DNA of 56,964 nucleotides, filler included, from Malassezia furfur (GCA_052055015.1; 4 parts of 4 records of this genome joined end to end with filler, not necessarily neighbours in it), one strand, 5' to 3'. Counted from the whole stretch's first letter, positions 32,717 through 44,935 are shown. Notes: generated by a model not told the origin, from the letters alone. Program-made: numbers and translations.

Positions 32717-34974
32717 CTATGGCGATGTGGAGGCGTCTACGAACGCGGCGGCCTGCGCGGCGTCGACCTCGGAGCGGTGCGCGGCGTCCTCGGTGTGCGT
32801 AATGAGGCCGAGTTCGAGGCGGCCACGCAGTGCATCGTTCCATAACGAGGGGCAGAAGGCCAGGAGATGTTTCTTGAAGCGCGCCAGGAACCTGCGTTAG
32901 TGGACCTACGCACGCATTGTACGGCACGGCTTCCTCGAGCTGGGTCAGTCGGGTCACATACCTCGGCGGCCGCGGCACGGTATGCATGCAGCGCACGCAC
33001 GACCAGTGCCGAATCCGGCGAGGGCACACGTACGAGCGCTTGTAGCGCTACCTGCATCGCCTCGCACGTCTCGGTGATACGCTCGGTGCCGTACACCGAC
33101 GCCTCAAAGTCTTGCACAATGTGCGCGAGGCGCAGCACGCCACCGCCTCGCACAGGTATCTCTGTACGTTCCGCTTCCTCTGCATCTTCGTCGGGCGTTG
33201 CGTCCGAGTCTGAGTCGGTACGCGCCTTCTTGTTCGGTGTGGTCGGTGCGCTTGCGCCGCCTGCCGCGGACGCCTGGGGCTTGCGCGCCGCGAACGCCGC
33301 CGCACATGCCTCGCGTACGCTACGCGCACGATGCTCGACTTGTTCGGGTGTGCTGAGGAACTGCGCGAGGACAGGGTGCAGCTCCGGCAAGTCGGCACGC
33401 TCTGGTGCCAGGAAGCGCCATTTGACCGCGTTCTTCACGCCGTGGATCGCAGGATTGAAGCTGAGGTTTGGCGCATACCACCCCTCTGGATCGCCGTCAG
33501 GATCCGCGTCCATGAGGTCCATGGCGTCCACAAGACGGTCCATATCCGCTTGTTGCGCGTCGGTGGGAATTGTGGGGTGCGTGCGCACTTCCGTGCCGTC
33601 CTTCGCCGGCACGCGGTCCAACGGCGGGAACGCAAAGCGCTTGACGTCCTCGCGGAACGGCACACGCACCATACAGAAACAGTCCATCTCCTGCTCAACG
33701 AGCGGCGCGAGCACACACAGTTTCGGGTCGGCGTGTGCGCGCGACACCCAGCGGCACAACAGGTAGACGTCCTTGACGAGCGCCGCCTGCACGAGGCTGG
33801 AGAGTGCAATGTGGGCGCGCGGCGACTTGGGATTCGGGACAACATAGGACGTCTCGCCGAGGTGGTACTCGCGGCGGTACGTCGATGCATGCACAAAGTG
33901 CAGGATTTCTAGGCCGGCCTGTGTGTCGAGCGGCTGCTCCATGGCGTGCTGCATCGGCACGAGCGAGGCACCCAGCTTGAACGCCCGCTGGAACGACGCA
34001 TGGCTCTCCTCTGGGAGTGGCTCGAGCTGATCGAGGTTGTCCTCGTGGTGAAGCACATCGTCCACCTTGTAGTACACGCGCCGCGCATCCACAGGCGTCT
34101 CAAGTCCTTTGCGCACCTTGCGCTGTGACATGGGCCGTTGCACCGCCGTGGCTTTGAGTACCTGAACGGGGATCGACAGCGTCCGCTGCGGATCACCATC
34201 CGCTGCACCAAACGTGAGCTGCACACTCGTCGGTGCTGACTTGGCCAACTGGGTATTGGGCAGCAGTGCCTGCTCCTCGGCGTCGTCGGCGCTCGCAAAC
34301 GCCGCATGCGGCAGGTCCTGGAGCATGGTGCGCCAGAACCCCACGTTGAACCACGCAACTGAATGCGGCACGTCAGTCTTGTTCGTGTGCGTCGGATCCG
34401 CAGGAAAGTCGAAGCCCATGACGCGCAGCTGGATCGCATCCTGTGCCAGCCGCGCCTTGATCGTGTCGACGTCGGCTGTATTGAGGAGCGTATCGGCGCG
34501 GGTGACGAGGTACACGATGCGCGTCCACGCCGGCGATGGTTCGCCGTAGTTCTTTTCCATCATCCCCACGATCGTGACAATCAGGGCGTCGAGTGCTGCG
34601 TGAGCCGAGGCACGTACGGTCGCACCGCGTTTCGCGGCGGGCGGGGCGCAATGCGTTGAGCACATCGAGCGTCGCGAGTGTCGGGCGCGACGGCGGCCAC
34701 ACTTCATCCACGCCCTCGTAGCCCTCCGTGACGCCATTGCGCCGCACGATGTTGTTCGTGCGCTCCGAGCCGTAGGTCACAATGCTCACCTTGATGGTCG
34801 AGAGGCGGCGCAACATCTGGGTGAATCGGTGCAACCTACCATCTCCAGCACACGCAGCGACACAAATGCCGTGCTCCGATCAAGCCGCGAGCGCTCGCCA
34901 TGGGTGGGGCCCATGGCGCTCGACACGTCCAGCACAAAGGTCACCAGCGTGCGCTGGCCGAGCGACGCGGCCAT
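32717..34974 (-). CDS. KU80: Ku80
   Basis: vWA start VTFVLDVSSAMG, core VPFREDVKRFAFPPL and C-terminal LGLITHTE...AAAF. Introns 34817-34839, 34596-34617, 32940-32961 and 32892-32913. Confidence 0.9.
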
Positions 34975-35009
34975 GGTCGTCTGCAACGCGCCTCCACATC
35001 GCACAGGCC

Positions 35010-37442
35010 ATGCCCACGACGCCGGGAGGACGCGGGGGCCCATCGACGCCCAAGCGCAAGGCGGGCGGCGCAGGTGCGTCGCCGTCGCGCAAGCGCACAC
35101 TCACAGGGCAACCGACGCTCTTGTCGTTTCTGGGCACGTCGCCCAGCGCGAAACGCAGCGCTGCGCCCGAGGTGGACGACCCGTTTGCCGGCGACCGCCT
35201 CTCGGACGAGGCACTTGCCCGGCACCTTGCCGGCGGCAATGACCAGCTGGATGCGGACGAAGCGTATGCGCGGGCCCTGCAAGAGGCATGGAATGTCGAG
35301 GACAGCGGTGTACAGGAGGCAAGCACGGCACAGCCTCTGCAGGTAGACGGCGCGGCGCAGGACGCCGACGCGGTGCAGGATGCCGACGCGGTGCAGGACG
35401 CCGATGCGACGCAGGACGTCGATGCGATACCGGAGGTCAACACAATGCAAGATACCCCTTTGACGCCGGTGGGCCCGTTGCCCTCCGCGCCTGCCAAGGC
35501 GCGCGTCGACGTCGCTGCCCTTGACGCGTGCATAGCGGCCATCGACCTTGCCGAGGACCCCGAGACGTTCTCGACCGACATCGACACAACGCACTGGCCA
35601 CACGATGGCGGCGTGGTACATGTACCGTATGCGCTCTTTGCCCACGGCTTTGCGCGACTCAACGGCGAGCGCTCGCGCATCCTCATCCTGCGCATCCTCA
35701 CCAACCTGCTGCGCCTCGTGCGGGCCTACGAGCCGGACCAGCTCGTGCCCGCGCTGTACCTACTGAGCAACGAGATCGCCCCGTCGTACGCCGGCATCGA
35801 GCTCGGCGTCGGCGGGGCGCTGCTACAAAAAGCGACGATGCAAGTGTCGGGCCGTACGGCTGCCTTTCTCCGGCGCGCCTGGACGCAGTATGGCGACGCG
35901 GGCGACGTCGCGTTCGTGGCATGCCGCGGCATGACGCAGCTCGTACAGCATGAGCCACTCACCGTCGGCAAGGTGTACGCGACGCTGTGGGCGATTGCGC
36001 GCGCCAGCGGTGCGCGGTCTATGCGCGAGAAACAGCGTCTCGTGAGCGGTCTGCTGCTGGCCAGCCGCGGCGAGGAGCGGCGTTTCGTGGTTCGCACACT
36101 GAGTGCCAACCTGCGCATCCACGCGATGCGTACCACCGTCCTCGCCGCGCTCGTGCGGGCATACGTGCTGGACGACGCGGCGTTTGTGGGCGTCGCTGCG
36201 GCCGAGGCCGAGGCGCTTGCGAAGCGCGCCTATGCGCGGCACCCCAATTGGCAAGGGATGGTCGACGCGCTGCGGGCCGGTGACCTCACTGGCTTGGACC
36301 TGGCCGTGGGTGTGCCTGTGACGCCGATGCTCGGTAGCATCACGCGCTCGCTCGACGCCGTGCACGCGACGATGCGTGACGCGCCGTTCGTGAGCGAGTT
36401 CAAGTACGACGGGCAGCGCGTCCAGCTGCATGTGGATGGCGAGCGTGTACACATCTTCAGCCGGTACCTCGAGACGATCACAGATAAGTACCCCGACGTG
36501 GTCGCAATGGTGCCCCAGCTGCAGACGCATGCGCAGGCATTTATCCTCGACGCCGAGGTCGTTGCCGTGTCCGACACGGGCGTCTTACCATTCCAGACGC
36601 TCGCGGGGCGCGCGCGCAAGGATGTGGCGCTTGACGCGGTGCAGGTGCGTGTGTGTGTGTATGCGTTCGACGTGCTCTACCTCGACGGGACGTCGATGCT
36701 CGGCGCGACGCTGCGTGAGCGCCGCGCGGCGCTGCGGCGCCATTTCCCCGCCTCGGTGCGTGCCACAGCGGCGCATGCGGGCTTTGCGTTTGCGACATCG
36801 TCCGAGGCGACGTCGGCGGACGAGGTTGCCGCCTTCTTCCACGAGGCGTGTGCCCAGCACTGCGAAGGCGTCATGGTCAAGAGCCTGGACCATGTGCCTG
36901 AGGGGCCGCTCGCGACGTACGAGCCGGACAAGCGCACCGAGGCGTGGCTCAAGGTAAAGAAGGACTACTTGGCGGACCTCGGCGATGCGCTCGACCTTGT
37001 GCCGATCGGCGCATGGCACGGCATGGGGCGCAAGACGGCGTTCTGGAGCCCGATCTTGCTCGCCGTGTATGACCGCGAGACGGGCATGTACGAGGCGGTG
37101 TGCAAGTGCATGAGCGGCTTCTCGGACGCGTTTTACCAGGAGCTCAACGCGCGCTATGGCTCTGCGCAGGATCCTCCGCCGTCGTTTGCGCACGACGGGC
37201 TGTACGCGCTTGGCGACGTGCGCCCTGCCGTGCTCTGGCCACCGACTGAGGTGTGGGAAATCCGCGGCGCAGAGATCACCGCATCGCCGACGTACCCCGC
37301 GGCCACCGACCTCGCGGTGCCCGGCCGCGGGCTTTCTGTGCGCTTCCCGCGCTTCATCCGGCGCCGCGACGACCGTCCGCCGGAGAGCGCCATGACGCCG
37401 ACCGAACTGGCCAAGCTGTACCTCGCGCGCGCTACAGGGTAG
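35010..37442 (+). CDS. ATP-dependent DNA ligase I-family paralogue (Adl1-like)
   Basis: Adenylation motif EFKYDGQR, LDAE, FDVLY, CEGVMVK, WLKVKKDY and SVRFPRF. PIP-box-like QPTLLSFL at 35109-35132. Confidence 0.9.
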   Translation: MPTTPGGRGGPSTPKRKAGGAGASPSRKRTLTGQPTLLSFLGTSPSAKRSAAPEVDDPFAGDRLSDEALARHLAGGNDQLDADEAYARALQEAWNVEDSGVQEASTAQPLQVDGAAQDADAVQDADAVQDADATQDVDAIPEVNTMQDTPLTPVGPLPSAPAKARVDVAALDACIAAIDLAEDPETFSTDIDTTHWPHDGGVVHVPYALFAHGFARLNGERSRILILRILTNLLRLVRAYEPDQLVPALYLLSNEIAPSYAGIELGVGGALLQKATMQVSGRTAAFLRRAWTQYGDAGDVAFVACRGMTQLVQHEPLTVGKVYATLWAIARASGARSMREKQRLVSGLLLASRGEERRFVVRTLSANLRIHAMRTTVLAALVRAYVLDDAAFVGVAAAEAEALAKRAYARHPNWQGMVDALRAGDLTGLDLAVGVPVTPMLGSITRSLDAVHATMRDAPFVSEFKYDGQRVQLHVDGERVHIFSRYLETITDKYPDVVAMVPQLQTHAQAFILDAEVVAVSDTGVLPFQTLAGRARKDVALDAVQVRVCVYAFDVLYLDGTSMLGATLRERRAALRRHFPASVRATAAHAGFAFATSSEATSADEVAAFFHEACAQHCEGVMVKSLDHVPEGPLATYEPDKRTEAWLKVKKDYLADLGDALDLVPIGAWHGMGRKTAFWSPILLAVYDRETGMYEAVCKCMSGFSDAFYQELNARYGSAQDPPPSFAHDGLYALGDVRPAVLWPPTEVWEIRGAEITASPTYPAATDLAVPGRGLSVRFPRFIRRRDDRPPESAMTPTELAKLYLARATG
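35357..35428 (+). repeat. Coding 18-nt tandem repeat (QDADAV)x~4
   Basis: GCAGGACGCCGACGCGGT-like units. Confidence 0.75.
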
Positions 37443-38775
37443 GCAGCGCAGGCCGCACCACCGCATCCCAGTTTTCCGCCCACGTCTCGGGCGTGCCATG
37501 GGGGAACGCCTTGGCGGGGCGCTGCGCACACGCCGACGCCGGGAAGCCTCGCAGCAGCGTCGCGAGCGTCTGCGCAAGGCCCGCGGCGTCGGCAAATACG
37601 GCGCCATTCACGCCGGGCGCAACAAGCTCGTGCAGACATGCATAGTCCAACGCACACACCGTCGCACGGCATCCGAGCAGGTCGACGACCTTCATCGGCA
37701 AATCGAGGCCCGACGAGCTCTGGTGTAGCGACACGCCCACATCGACGCACCCGAGCAGGCGGGGGTAGTCGTCCGCGGCGAGCCACGCCAGGGTCGTCCG
37801 CACGTGCGTCCAGCGCTCGCGCTGCGCCCGCGCGGCAAAGCGTGCCTCGTAGGTCGTGCGCAGCGGCCCTTTGCCCGTGATCACGAGCGAGACGCGCGGC
37901 AGCTGGGCGTCGGCGGCCTGTGCCGCGCGGTTGTACAGCGACGCAGCGTCCAGTAGCATGTCCATATCCTCGTCCGGTGTCCAGCTCGTGCTTGTTACAA
38001 CCAGTGCGTGGTCGTTCCGCGTGATACCGGGATCGTGCAGCACGTCGGCAAAGTGTGCGCGGCATGCGGTGCGCTCGGCGTCGACGAGCGCGCGGAACGA
38101 CGGGCCCGGCCGGTCGTACAGCACGCGCGCGGCGCCCCGCAGATGCCAGCGTGCGACGAGCGCGTCGCGCATCGCAGCGGTGACAAACAGGTGGACGTCG
38201 GCGCTGCGCCCCGTGTGCGCCTCGAGGACTTCGGCGAGGCGCACGAGCGGATGGGCCGCACCGAGCTTGAGGGCGAGCAGGGTATACCCGAGGTTGTGCC
38301 AGTCGATTACGAGGCGCGTGCGGCACAGTGCGCGTACGAGGTGCAGCACCGCAAGGGTTGGGATTGCGGGCGGCGTCTGCGCAACGATCACGGCGGGCGT
38401 CGGGCGCAGCGCGAGCGCTGCAAACAGCGACCAGGCCCCGAGCGGGACTTTGACGAGCGCGACCAGGGGGAAGAGTGCGCGCGGCAGGCGTGCAGCCCAT
38501 GCGGGCGGAGCGTATAGCGGCACACAGGTAACGCGCGCATGCACGAGCGCAGGCGGCAGCGGCGCATCAAAGTGGCCCACGAGGCGGACGTGCCATCCGT
38601 GCTCCAGCAGACTCGTGGCATGGTAGCACATGCGTGGGCTGCGCCCGACGTCGCCCACCACGACGACAGCAGCGGTGCGAGCATCGCGTGCGTGCAACGC
38701 ACGCACCACAAGCACCGCAAGCACCGCGGCGGCACCCACAAAGAGCCACGCAGCGCCGAGCCCCGGCGAAAGCAT
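37432..38775 (-). CDS. ALG1: Chitobiosyldiphosphodolichol beta-mannosyltransferase
   Basis: GDVGRSPRMCYHA, TPPAIPTL, DWHNLGYT, STSWTPDED and HQSSSGLDLPMKVVD. Confidence 0.95.
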   Translation of the reverse strand: MLSPGLGAAWLFVGAAAVLAVLVVRALHARDARTAAVVVVGDVGRSPRMCYHATSLLEHGWHVRLVGHFDAPLPPALVHARVTCVPLYAPPAWAARLPRALFPLVALVKVPLGAWSLFAALALRPTPAVIVAQTPPAIPTLAVLHLVRALCRTRLVIDWHNLGYTLLALKLGAAHPLVRLAEVLEAHTGRSADVHLFVTAAMRDALVARWHLRGAARVLYDRPGPSFRALVDAERTACRAHFADVLHDPGITRNDHALVVTSTSWTPDEDMDMLLDAASLYNRAAQAADAQLPRVSLVITGKGPLRTTYEARFAARAQRERWTHVRTTLAWLAADDYPRLLGCVDVGVSLHQSSSGLDLPMKVVDLLGCRATVCALDYACLHELVAPGVNGAVFADAAGLAQTLATLLRGFPASACAQRPAKAFPHGTPETWAENWDAVVRPALPTL

Positions 38776-38820
38776 GCGGGGTGCGGATGTGGAGGCGAAG
38801 CAACGCTGACGTGTGCATCG

Positions 38821-41800
38821 ATGAGCGAGCGGTGGACCGAGTGGGACGCCGCTGCGGCCGCGCGCGTATTTGCGGCATCGCTCGCGCCGGACGGCGACGC
38901 CGTGGTGCTCGGTGAGCTGGCGACCGAGCTGCGTGATGAGGGCGCGCCCGAGCGCCTGTCGCTCGCACTCGGCGACCGAATTCTGATCGCGCGGCTGTCG
39001 CTCCCGATGCGGGGCGAGACAAGCTACGACTACCTCGTGCACGCCTGGACGCGGTGCCGTGCCGAGGAGGCGCGAGTGCGACACACGATCCCAGAGGAGG
39101 CCGAGCGTGCGTTGCAGGCACTGCAAGGCGTGCGCGCGCTGCTGATCAGCTACGCGGGCCTCGTCCTCCAAATGCCCGACATGTTCCCCAGCATGGAAAA
39201 GGAGGGGCGCATGCTTTCCCCACGCGCGCTTGTGCCGACGCTGCTGCAACTGGGCGCGACGGACGTGATGCAGGATGACGGTGGCGCGGCGTGGGCGACG
39301 CCGCCGCTCGCTGACACGCCGCAATTTGTACGCGAGTTTGTTGCGCGCTTTGCGCAGGACGATGCGCTGGGCGACACGGTGGGCGTCGCGCTGCACGCGC
39401 TCACGCAGCGTGTGCGCACAGGCTCGACAGACGACGATGCGCCGCCGCCGAGCGCGCACGCTGAGCCCGCGGCCGACGACGTCCAGCGCGTGCTGGCGCA
39501 GATGCTCGGCCTGCCGGACCCGCGCGGCGCCTCGGGCGGCGCGAGCGCGCGTAAGGAGGGCGAGGGGATGACGATTGCCGGTTTGGAGTGGCGCCCCGTG
39601 CAGCAGGCGGTCGCGACGGCGCTCGAGCTCAAGCCGCTCGCACAGGCGGTGCCGCACATGGCGACGTTTGCGCCGCGCACCACTGCGCCGCTGCTGGAGC
39701 GCGAGTCGCTGCTTGGCCCGCTGCTGCGACTGTCGTGCTTTGCGGACGCGTACCCCAGCATTGCGCAGACGCACTTTACCGAAGCCAAGACGCGCTCGCC
39801 CATCGAGCTCGAGAACCACATGAGCTCGCTGCGGATGGCGCTCGAGGTGGTGCAGACCAACAACTTTGGCATCTTTAACGCGCTCGTACGCGCCGGTGCG
39901 GATGCGCGCGAGCGTGTGTTGGCCTTCTTGGGCGAGGTGTGTGCGTTGAACGCCAAGCGCGGCGCGATGCAGGCGCGCTCGAGTGAGATTGCGTCGGACG
40001 CGTTCATGGTGAACGTGTACGATGTGGTGCTGCGCTTTGCGATACCGTTCGCAGACGCGACGTGTGCCAAGATCGACCGCGTAGACGCGCGCTTCCTGCA
40101 GCAGCAGCGCCGCTGGGACACGCGCAACCTCACGCGCATCCACGCGTCCGAGGCCGAGGCGGGGGCCTGGCTCGACGCCGCGGATGCGTCGGCGCCGCCC
40201 TTCCACTTTATCACCGAGATCTTCTTCTTGGGCGCGCGGCTGAGCAGCCTCGCGCTGGGCAAGGCGATCCGCCGCGTCGACGAGCGCGAAAAGGAGATCG
40301 ACCGGCTCCAGAAGCGTGCCGACGAGCTCGAAGCCGAGCGCGGCAACTGGCAGGGCATGCCGCAGGGCGCGCACGTCGAGCAGGTGATCCAGCGTGCCAA
40401 GGCGCAGGCGGACAAGCTGCACAGCGAGGTGATTGCTGCGCAGACGCAGCTGCTCGCGCCCGCGTTTGTCACCCGCGTCGTGCAGTTTTTGGCGTTCACG
40501 ATGAACTGGATCGTGCGCCTCGCTGACCCGCAGCACACGCACCCGCACCCGCTGGTGGCGCTGCCGCCGCCGCAGGAGGTCGATGAGACATTCCGCATGC
40601 TGCCGGAGCACATGTTTGAGGACGTGTGCGACACAGTGCTCTTCTACGCGCGGCACAAGCCCGACGTGCTCGACGAGAGCGCTCGCGACAGCGTCGTGGT
40701 GTTCTGCACCACGTTCCTGTCCTCCGGGTGGTGGATCCGCAACCCCTTCCTCAAGGCCAAGCTCGCCGAGATGCTGTCGTACAACGTGATGCCCTTTGGT
40801 CCATACCGCTCGGGAGTGCTGGGCGCGACAATCAACAGCCACCCACTCGCTCTCCGGCACCTTGTCCCGGCGCTGATTGCGTTCTGGATCGACGCCGAGT
40901 CCACCGGGTCACACACGCAGTTCTACGACAAGTTCAACATTCGCTACCACCTTGTTCAAATCTTCAAGGAAATCTGGGCCAACCCGGACCACAAGCAGCG
41001 GTTGTTTGAGCAGGCGACGCAGCACCCCGCCGAGTTCACCGTGTTCATCAACCGGCTGATGAACGACGTCACCTACCTCCTCGATGACGCGCTCGACAAA
41101 CTCGCTGAGCTGCACAACAAGCAGCTACAAGTGGATGACCGCGCGGCGTGGGAGGAGCGCACCCCCGACGAGCGCCGCGAGCACGAGGCCTTTATGCGCT
41201 CGATCGAGGGACAGATCCGCAGCGACCTGAGCCTCGGCCACGAGTTCCTCCGGCTGCTCATCAAGTTCTCTGCCGAGACCAGCACGGCATTCATGACGCC
41301 CGAAATCGTCGACCGCCTTGCAGCGATGCTCGACTACAACCTCGACGTGCTCGTCGGCGCGCGATGCCAGGAACTCAAGGTGAAGGACCCGAAAAAGGTC
41401 GGCTTCGACCCACGCAGCCTCCTCAGCGAGATCCTCTCCGTGTTCCTCAACCTCTCGCCGCACAATGAGTTCGCGACGGCGATCGCGCGCGACGGGCGCA
41501 GCTACCGCCGCGAAACGTTCAGCAAGGCTGCGAGCATTGCGCAGCGGCACATGCTCAAGTCACCGCCGGACATTGACAAGCTCGCGCGCCTCGTAAACCG
41601 CGTCGAGCAGATCAAGCAGGAGGATGCCGACGAGGAAGAGGATCTTGGCGATGTGCCTGATGAATACCTCGGTACGTCTCGCCCCGCACGGCGCCCACTG
41701 ACCCCCACAGACCCGCTGCTTGCGACGCTCATGCGCGACCCGGTGCGCCTCCCGTCGAGCCGCGCAGTGGTGGACCGCTCGACGATCAAGGCCCACCTTC

Positions 41801-41928
41801 TGAGCGATTCCAAGGATCCGTTCAACCGCATGCCGCTCAAACTCGAGGACGTGCAGCCGGACGACGCGCTGCGTGCCGAGATCGAGGCGTTCCTGCAGCA
41901 GCGCAAGGCCGCCTCCACCCGCCCGTAG
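38821..41928 (+). CDS. UFD2: Ubiquitin conjugation factor E4 (U-box)
   Basis: [36 protein letters not shown] and a C-terminal U-box. In-frame 39-nt intron 41672-41710. Confidence 0.95.
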   Translation: MSERWTEWDAAAAARVFAASLAPDGDAVVLGELATELRDEGAPERLSLALGDRILIARLSLPMRGETSYDYLVHAWTRCRAEEARVRHTIPEEAERALQALQGVRALLISYAGLVLQMPDMFPSMEKEGRMLSPRALVPTLLQLGATDVMQDDGGAAWATPPLADTPQFVREFVARFAQDDALGDTVGVALHALTQRVRTGSTDDDAPPPSAHAEPAADDVQRVLAQMLGLPDPRGASGGASARKEGEGMTIAGLEWRPVQQAVATALELKPLAQAVPHMATFAPRTTAPLLERESLLGPLLRLSCFADAYPSIAQTHFTEAKTRSPIELENHMSSLRMALEVVQTNNFGIFNALVRAGADARERVLAFLGEVCALNAKRGAMQARSSEIASDAFMVNVYDVVLRFAIPFADATCAKIDRVDARFLQQQRRWDTRNLTRIHASEAEAGAWLDAADASAPPFHFITEIFFLGARLSSLALGKAIRRVDEREKEIDRLQKRADELEAERGNWQGMPQGAHVEQVIQRAKAQADKLHSEVIAAQTQLLAPAFVTRVVQFLAFTMNWIVRLADPQHTHPHPLVALPPPQEVDETFRMLPEHMFEDVCDTVLFYARHKPDVLDESARDSVVVFCTTFLSSGWWIRNPFLKAKLAEMLSYNVMPFGPYRSGVLGATINSHPLALRHLVPALIAFWIDAESTGSHTQFYDKFNIRYHLVQIFKEIWANPDHKQRLFEQATQHPAEFTVFINRLMNDVTYLLDDALDKLAELHNKQLQVDDRAAWEERTPDERREHEAFMRSIEGQIRSDLSLGHEFLRLLIKFSAETSTAFMTPEIVDRLAAMLDYNLDVLVGARCQELKVKDPKKVGFDPRSLLSEILSVFLNLSPHNEFATAIARDGRSYRRETFSKAASIAQRHMLKSPPDIDKLARLVNRVEQIKQEDADEEEDLGDVPDEYLGTSRPARRPLTPTDPLLATLMRDPVRLPSSRAVVDRSTIKAHLLSDSKDPFNRMPLKLEDVQPDDALRAEIEAFLQQRKAASTRP

Positions 41929-41989
41929 CTCGGCCGAACGCAGAACGCTTTTCCGGGTGGAGCTCCGTTCTTCGATAGACTTGGACACG

Positions 41990-42889
41990 ATGCGCTTCTA
42001 TGAGAAACCGCTGCCTGACACGGACGAGATCGTCATGTGTCAGGTGCGGCAGATTGCCGAGATGGGCGCATACGTCAAGCTGCTCGAGTACGACAACGCC
42101 GAGGGCATGATTCTCCTGTCGGAGCTGTCGCGACGACGAATCCGCAGTATCCAGAAGCTGATCCGTGTCGGCCGCAACGAGGTCGTCGTTGTGCTCCGTG
42201 TCGACAAGGAGAAGGGCTACATTGACCTGTCTAAGCGCCGTGTTTCGCCCGAGGATGTGATCAAGTGCGAGGAGCGCTACCGCAAGTCGCTTGCCGTGAA
42301 CAGCATTGTGTCACACGTCGCGGGTAAGCTCGGCATGCCGGTCGAGGAGCTGTACCAAACGGTCGTGTGGCCCTTGGACCATACGTTTGGCCACTCGTAC
42401 GACGCGTTCAAGCTGTCGGTTACGTACGTATGCCACCCGAAAACACTTACACCAGCGAACCGGCCAAGGTGTTTGACAGCCTCGAGATGAGCGACGAGGT
42501 GCGCCAGGCGCTCGAGGCGAACATTGCGCGCCGCCTTACGCCGCACCCGGTCAAGATCCGTGCCGATGTCGAGGTGTCGTGCTTCGGGTACGAGGGTATC
42601 GACGCCGTGAAGCAGGCGCTCCGGGCCGGCGAGGAAGTGTCCACGGAGGCGATCCCCATCAAGATCAAGTTGGTCGCGCCGCCCCTCTACGTGCTTGTTA
42701 CGCATTCGACCGACAAGCAGGGTGGCATTGCGCTGCTGGAGCAGGCGCTTGAGAAGATCACCGAGTCGATCGAGAAGAGCGACGGCAAGGTCACGGTCAA
42801 GATGAAGCCTAAGACGGTGTCCGCCGTCGAGGACGAGGAGCTTGCGCAGCTCATGGCGCGTGTCGAGAAGGAGAACACCGAGGTCCAGG
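41990..42889 (+). CDS. SUI2: Translation initiation factor eIF2 alpha, 3' end in the gap
   Basis: [22 protein letters not shown] and [14 protein letters not shown]. 32-nt intron 42424-42455. Confidence 0.97.
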
Positions 42890-42989
42890 NNNNNNNNNNN
42901 NNNNNNNNNNNNNNNNNNNNNNNNNNNNNNNNNTTAATTAATTAANNNNNNNNNNNNNNNNNNNNNNNNNNNNNNNNNNNNNNNNNNNN
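42890..42989. other. Assembly gap with artificial linker
   Basis: N44-TTAATTAATTAA-N44. Confidence 0.97.
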
Positions 42990-44774
42990 TGCAGCGGCGG
43001 CGCCCACAGCGGCGGCGGCGGCGCCCGCGGGCGAAGCGGCGGGTGGCGCACCCGGTGGCGCCTCGGAGCACGACCTGTTTAGCGCCGTGATTGGTGTGTA
43101 CGACGCCGACGAGCTCGACGAGGACGAGGCGGTGCACAGCTTTGAGATCCGCGAAGAGTTCATCGAGACGGTCAAGCGGCGGTGCAACGAACTGGGATTC
43201 CCGATGCTCGAGGAGTACGACTTCCGCAACGACCGTATGAACCCCGACTTGGACATCGACCTGAAGCCCATCACGCACATCCGGCCGTACCAGGAGAAGA
43301 GCCTCGCGAAGATGTTCGGCAACAGCCGCGCGCGCAGCGGCATCATTGTGCTGCCGTGTGGCGCGGGCAAGACGCTCGTCGGCATCACGGCCGCCTGCAC
43401 GATCAAGAAGAGCTGTTTGGTGCTGTGTACGAGCAGTGTGAGTGTGATGCAGTGGCGGCAGCAGTTCCTGCAGTGGAGCAACGTGCAGGACTCGCAGATC
43501 AGCGTGTTCACTGCGGACGAGAAGCAAAAGTTCTCGGGCGCGTCGGGCATCGTCGTGTCAACGTACTCGATGGTCGCCAACACCGGCAAGCGGTCGCACA
43601 CGTCGCAAAAGATGATGAACTTTCTCGAGAGCCGCGAGTGGGGTTTCATTTTGCTCGACGAGGTGCACGTCGTGCCTGCGAGCATGTTCCGTCGCGTCCT
43701 GACCAAGATCAAGGCGCATGCCAAGCTTGGCCTCACCGGTACGTCTTGCCCACTCACCCAGCGACGCTCGTGCGTGAGGACGAAAAGATTGACGAGCTCA
43801 ACTTCCTCGTGGGCCCGAAGCTGTACGAGGCGAACTGGATGGACCTCGCCGCCAAGGGCCACATTGCGACGGTGCAGTGCGCCGAGGTGTGGTGTTCGAT
43901 GACCGCCGAGTTCTACCGCGAGTACCTCCGCGAAAAGAGCCGCAAGAAGATGCTGCTGTACTGCATGAACCCCACCAAGTTCCAGGCGGCGCAGTACCTT
44001 ATCCAATACCACGAGAACCGCGGCGACAAGATCATCGTCTTTTCCGACAACGTGTATGCGCTCGAGGCGTACGCCATCAAGCTCGGCAAGCCGTACATCC
44101 ACGGCGGCACGCCGCAGATTGAGCGCATGCGCATTTTGCAAAACTTTCAGCACAACCCCATTGTCAATACCATCTTCCTGTCCAAGGTCGGCGACACGTC
44201 GATCGACCTGCCCGAGGCGACGTGCCTCATCCAGATCTCGTCGCACTTTGGCTCGCGCCGACAAGAGGCGCAGCGTCTTGGCCGCATTCTGCGTGCGAAG
44301 CGGCGCAACGACGAGGGGTTCAATGCGTTCTTCTACAGCCTCGTCAGCAAGGACACCGCCGAGATGTACTATTCGACGAAGCGGCAGCAGTTCCTCATCG
44401 ACCAGGGCTACGCCTTCCGCGTGATCATGAATCTGGTCGGCCAGCAGAACATGCCCGGCCTCGTGTACTCGACCAAGTCGGAGCAGATCGAGCTGTTGCA
44501 GAGCGTGCTGATCGCCTCGGAGAGCGCCGCCGACTTTGGCTCGGATGTGCACGCGGGCGAAATGGGCCTGGCGCCGGGCAGCGCGCCCAAGGCGAAGCGC
44601 ATGACGGGCAGTTTGAACGCGCTGAGTGGCGCACAGCACATGTCCTACGTGGTACGTATCTATCTTGCTCACACCCAGGAACGCAACCGCTCCATGAACC
44701 GCCAGCTCGCGCACGACCAGCCGCGCCACAAAATGTTCCAGAAGCGAGCCGCGGGCGCCAAGCGGCGTACATAG
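42990..44774 (+). CDS. SSL2: TFIIH helicase XPB (Ssl2/Rad25), 5' part missing in the gap
   Basis: [24 protein letters not shown] (after the 23-nt intron 43739-43761) and [13 protein letters not shown]. In-frame 27-nt intron 44652-44678. Confidence 0.96.
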
Positions 44775-44935
44775 CACGTGGCCCACGTGGCCCAGATGGC
44801 CAGATCTCGTTTTTTTCGGGGTATCATTGCAATTCTCTTCCTATCCCCCGCCGCCACGCCCCATTCGATTGCAATTTTTTTGGCACCACGCACGCGCGTG
44901 TACGCGAAGGACGACACGCGACGGGAGTTGGCGCC

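Noticed and set aside
37432..40860. 1142-aa minus-strand ORF and other very long antisense or alternate-frame ORFs (e.g. 3008-4291, 42942-44786, 53633-55534)
   Set aside because: Shadow ORFs caused by high GC and codon bias. Only the 3' part of the 1142-aa ORF (from 38775) is ALG1; the rest is antisense to UFD2.
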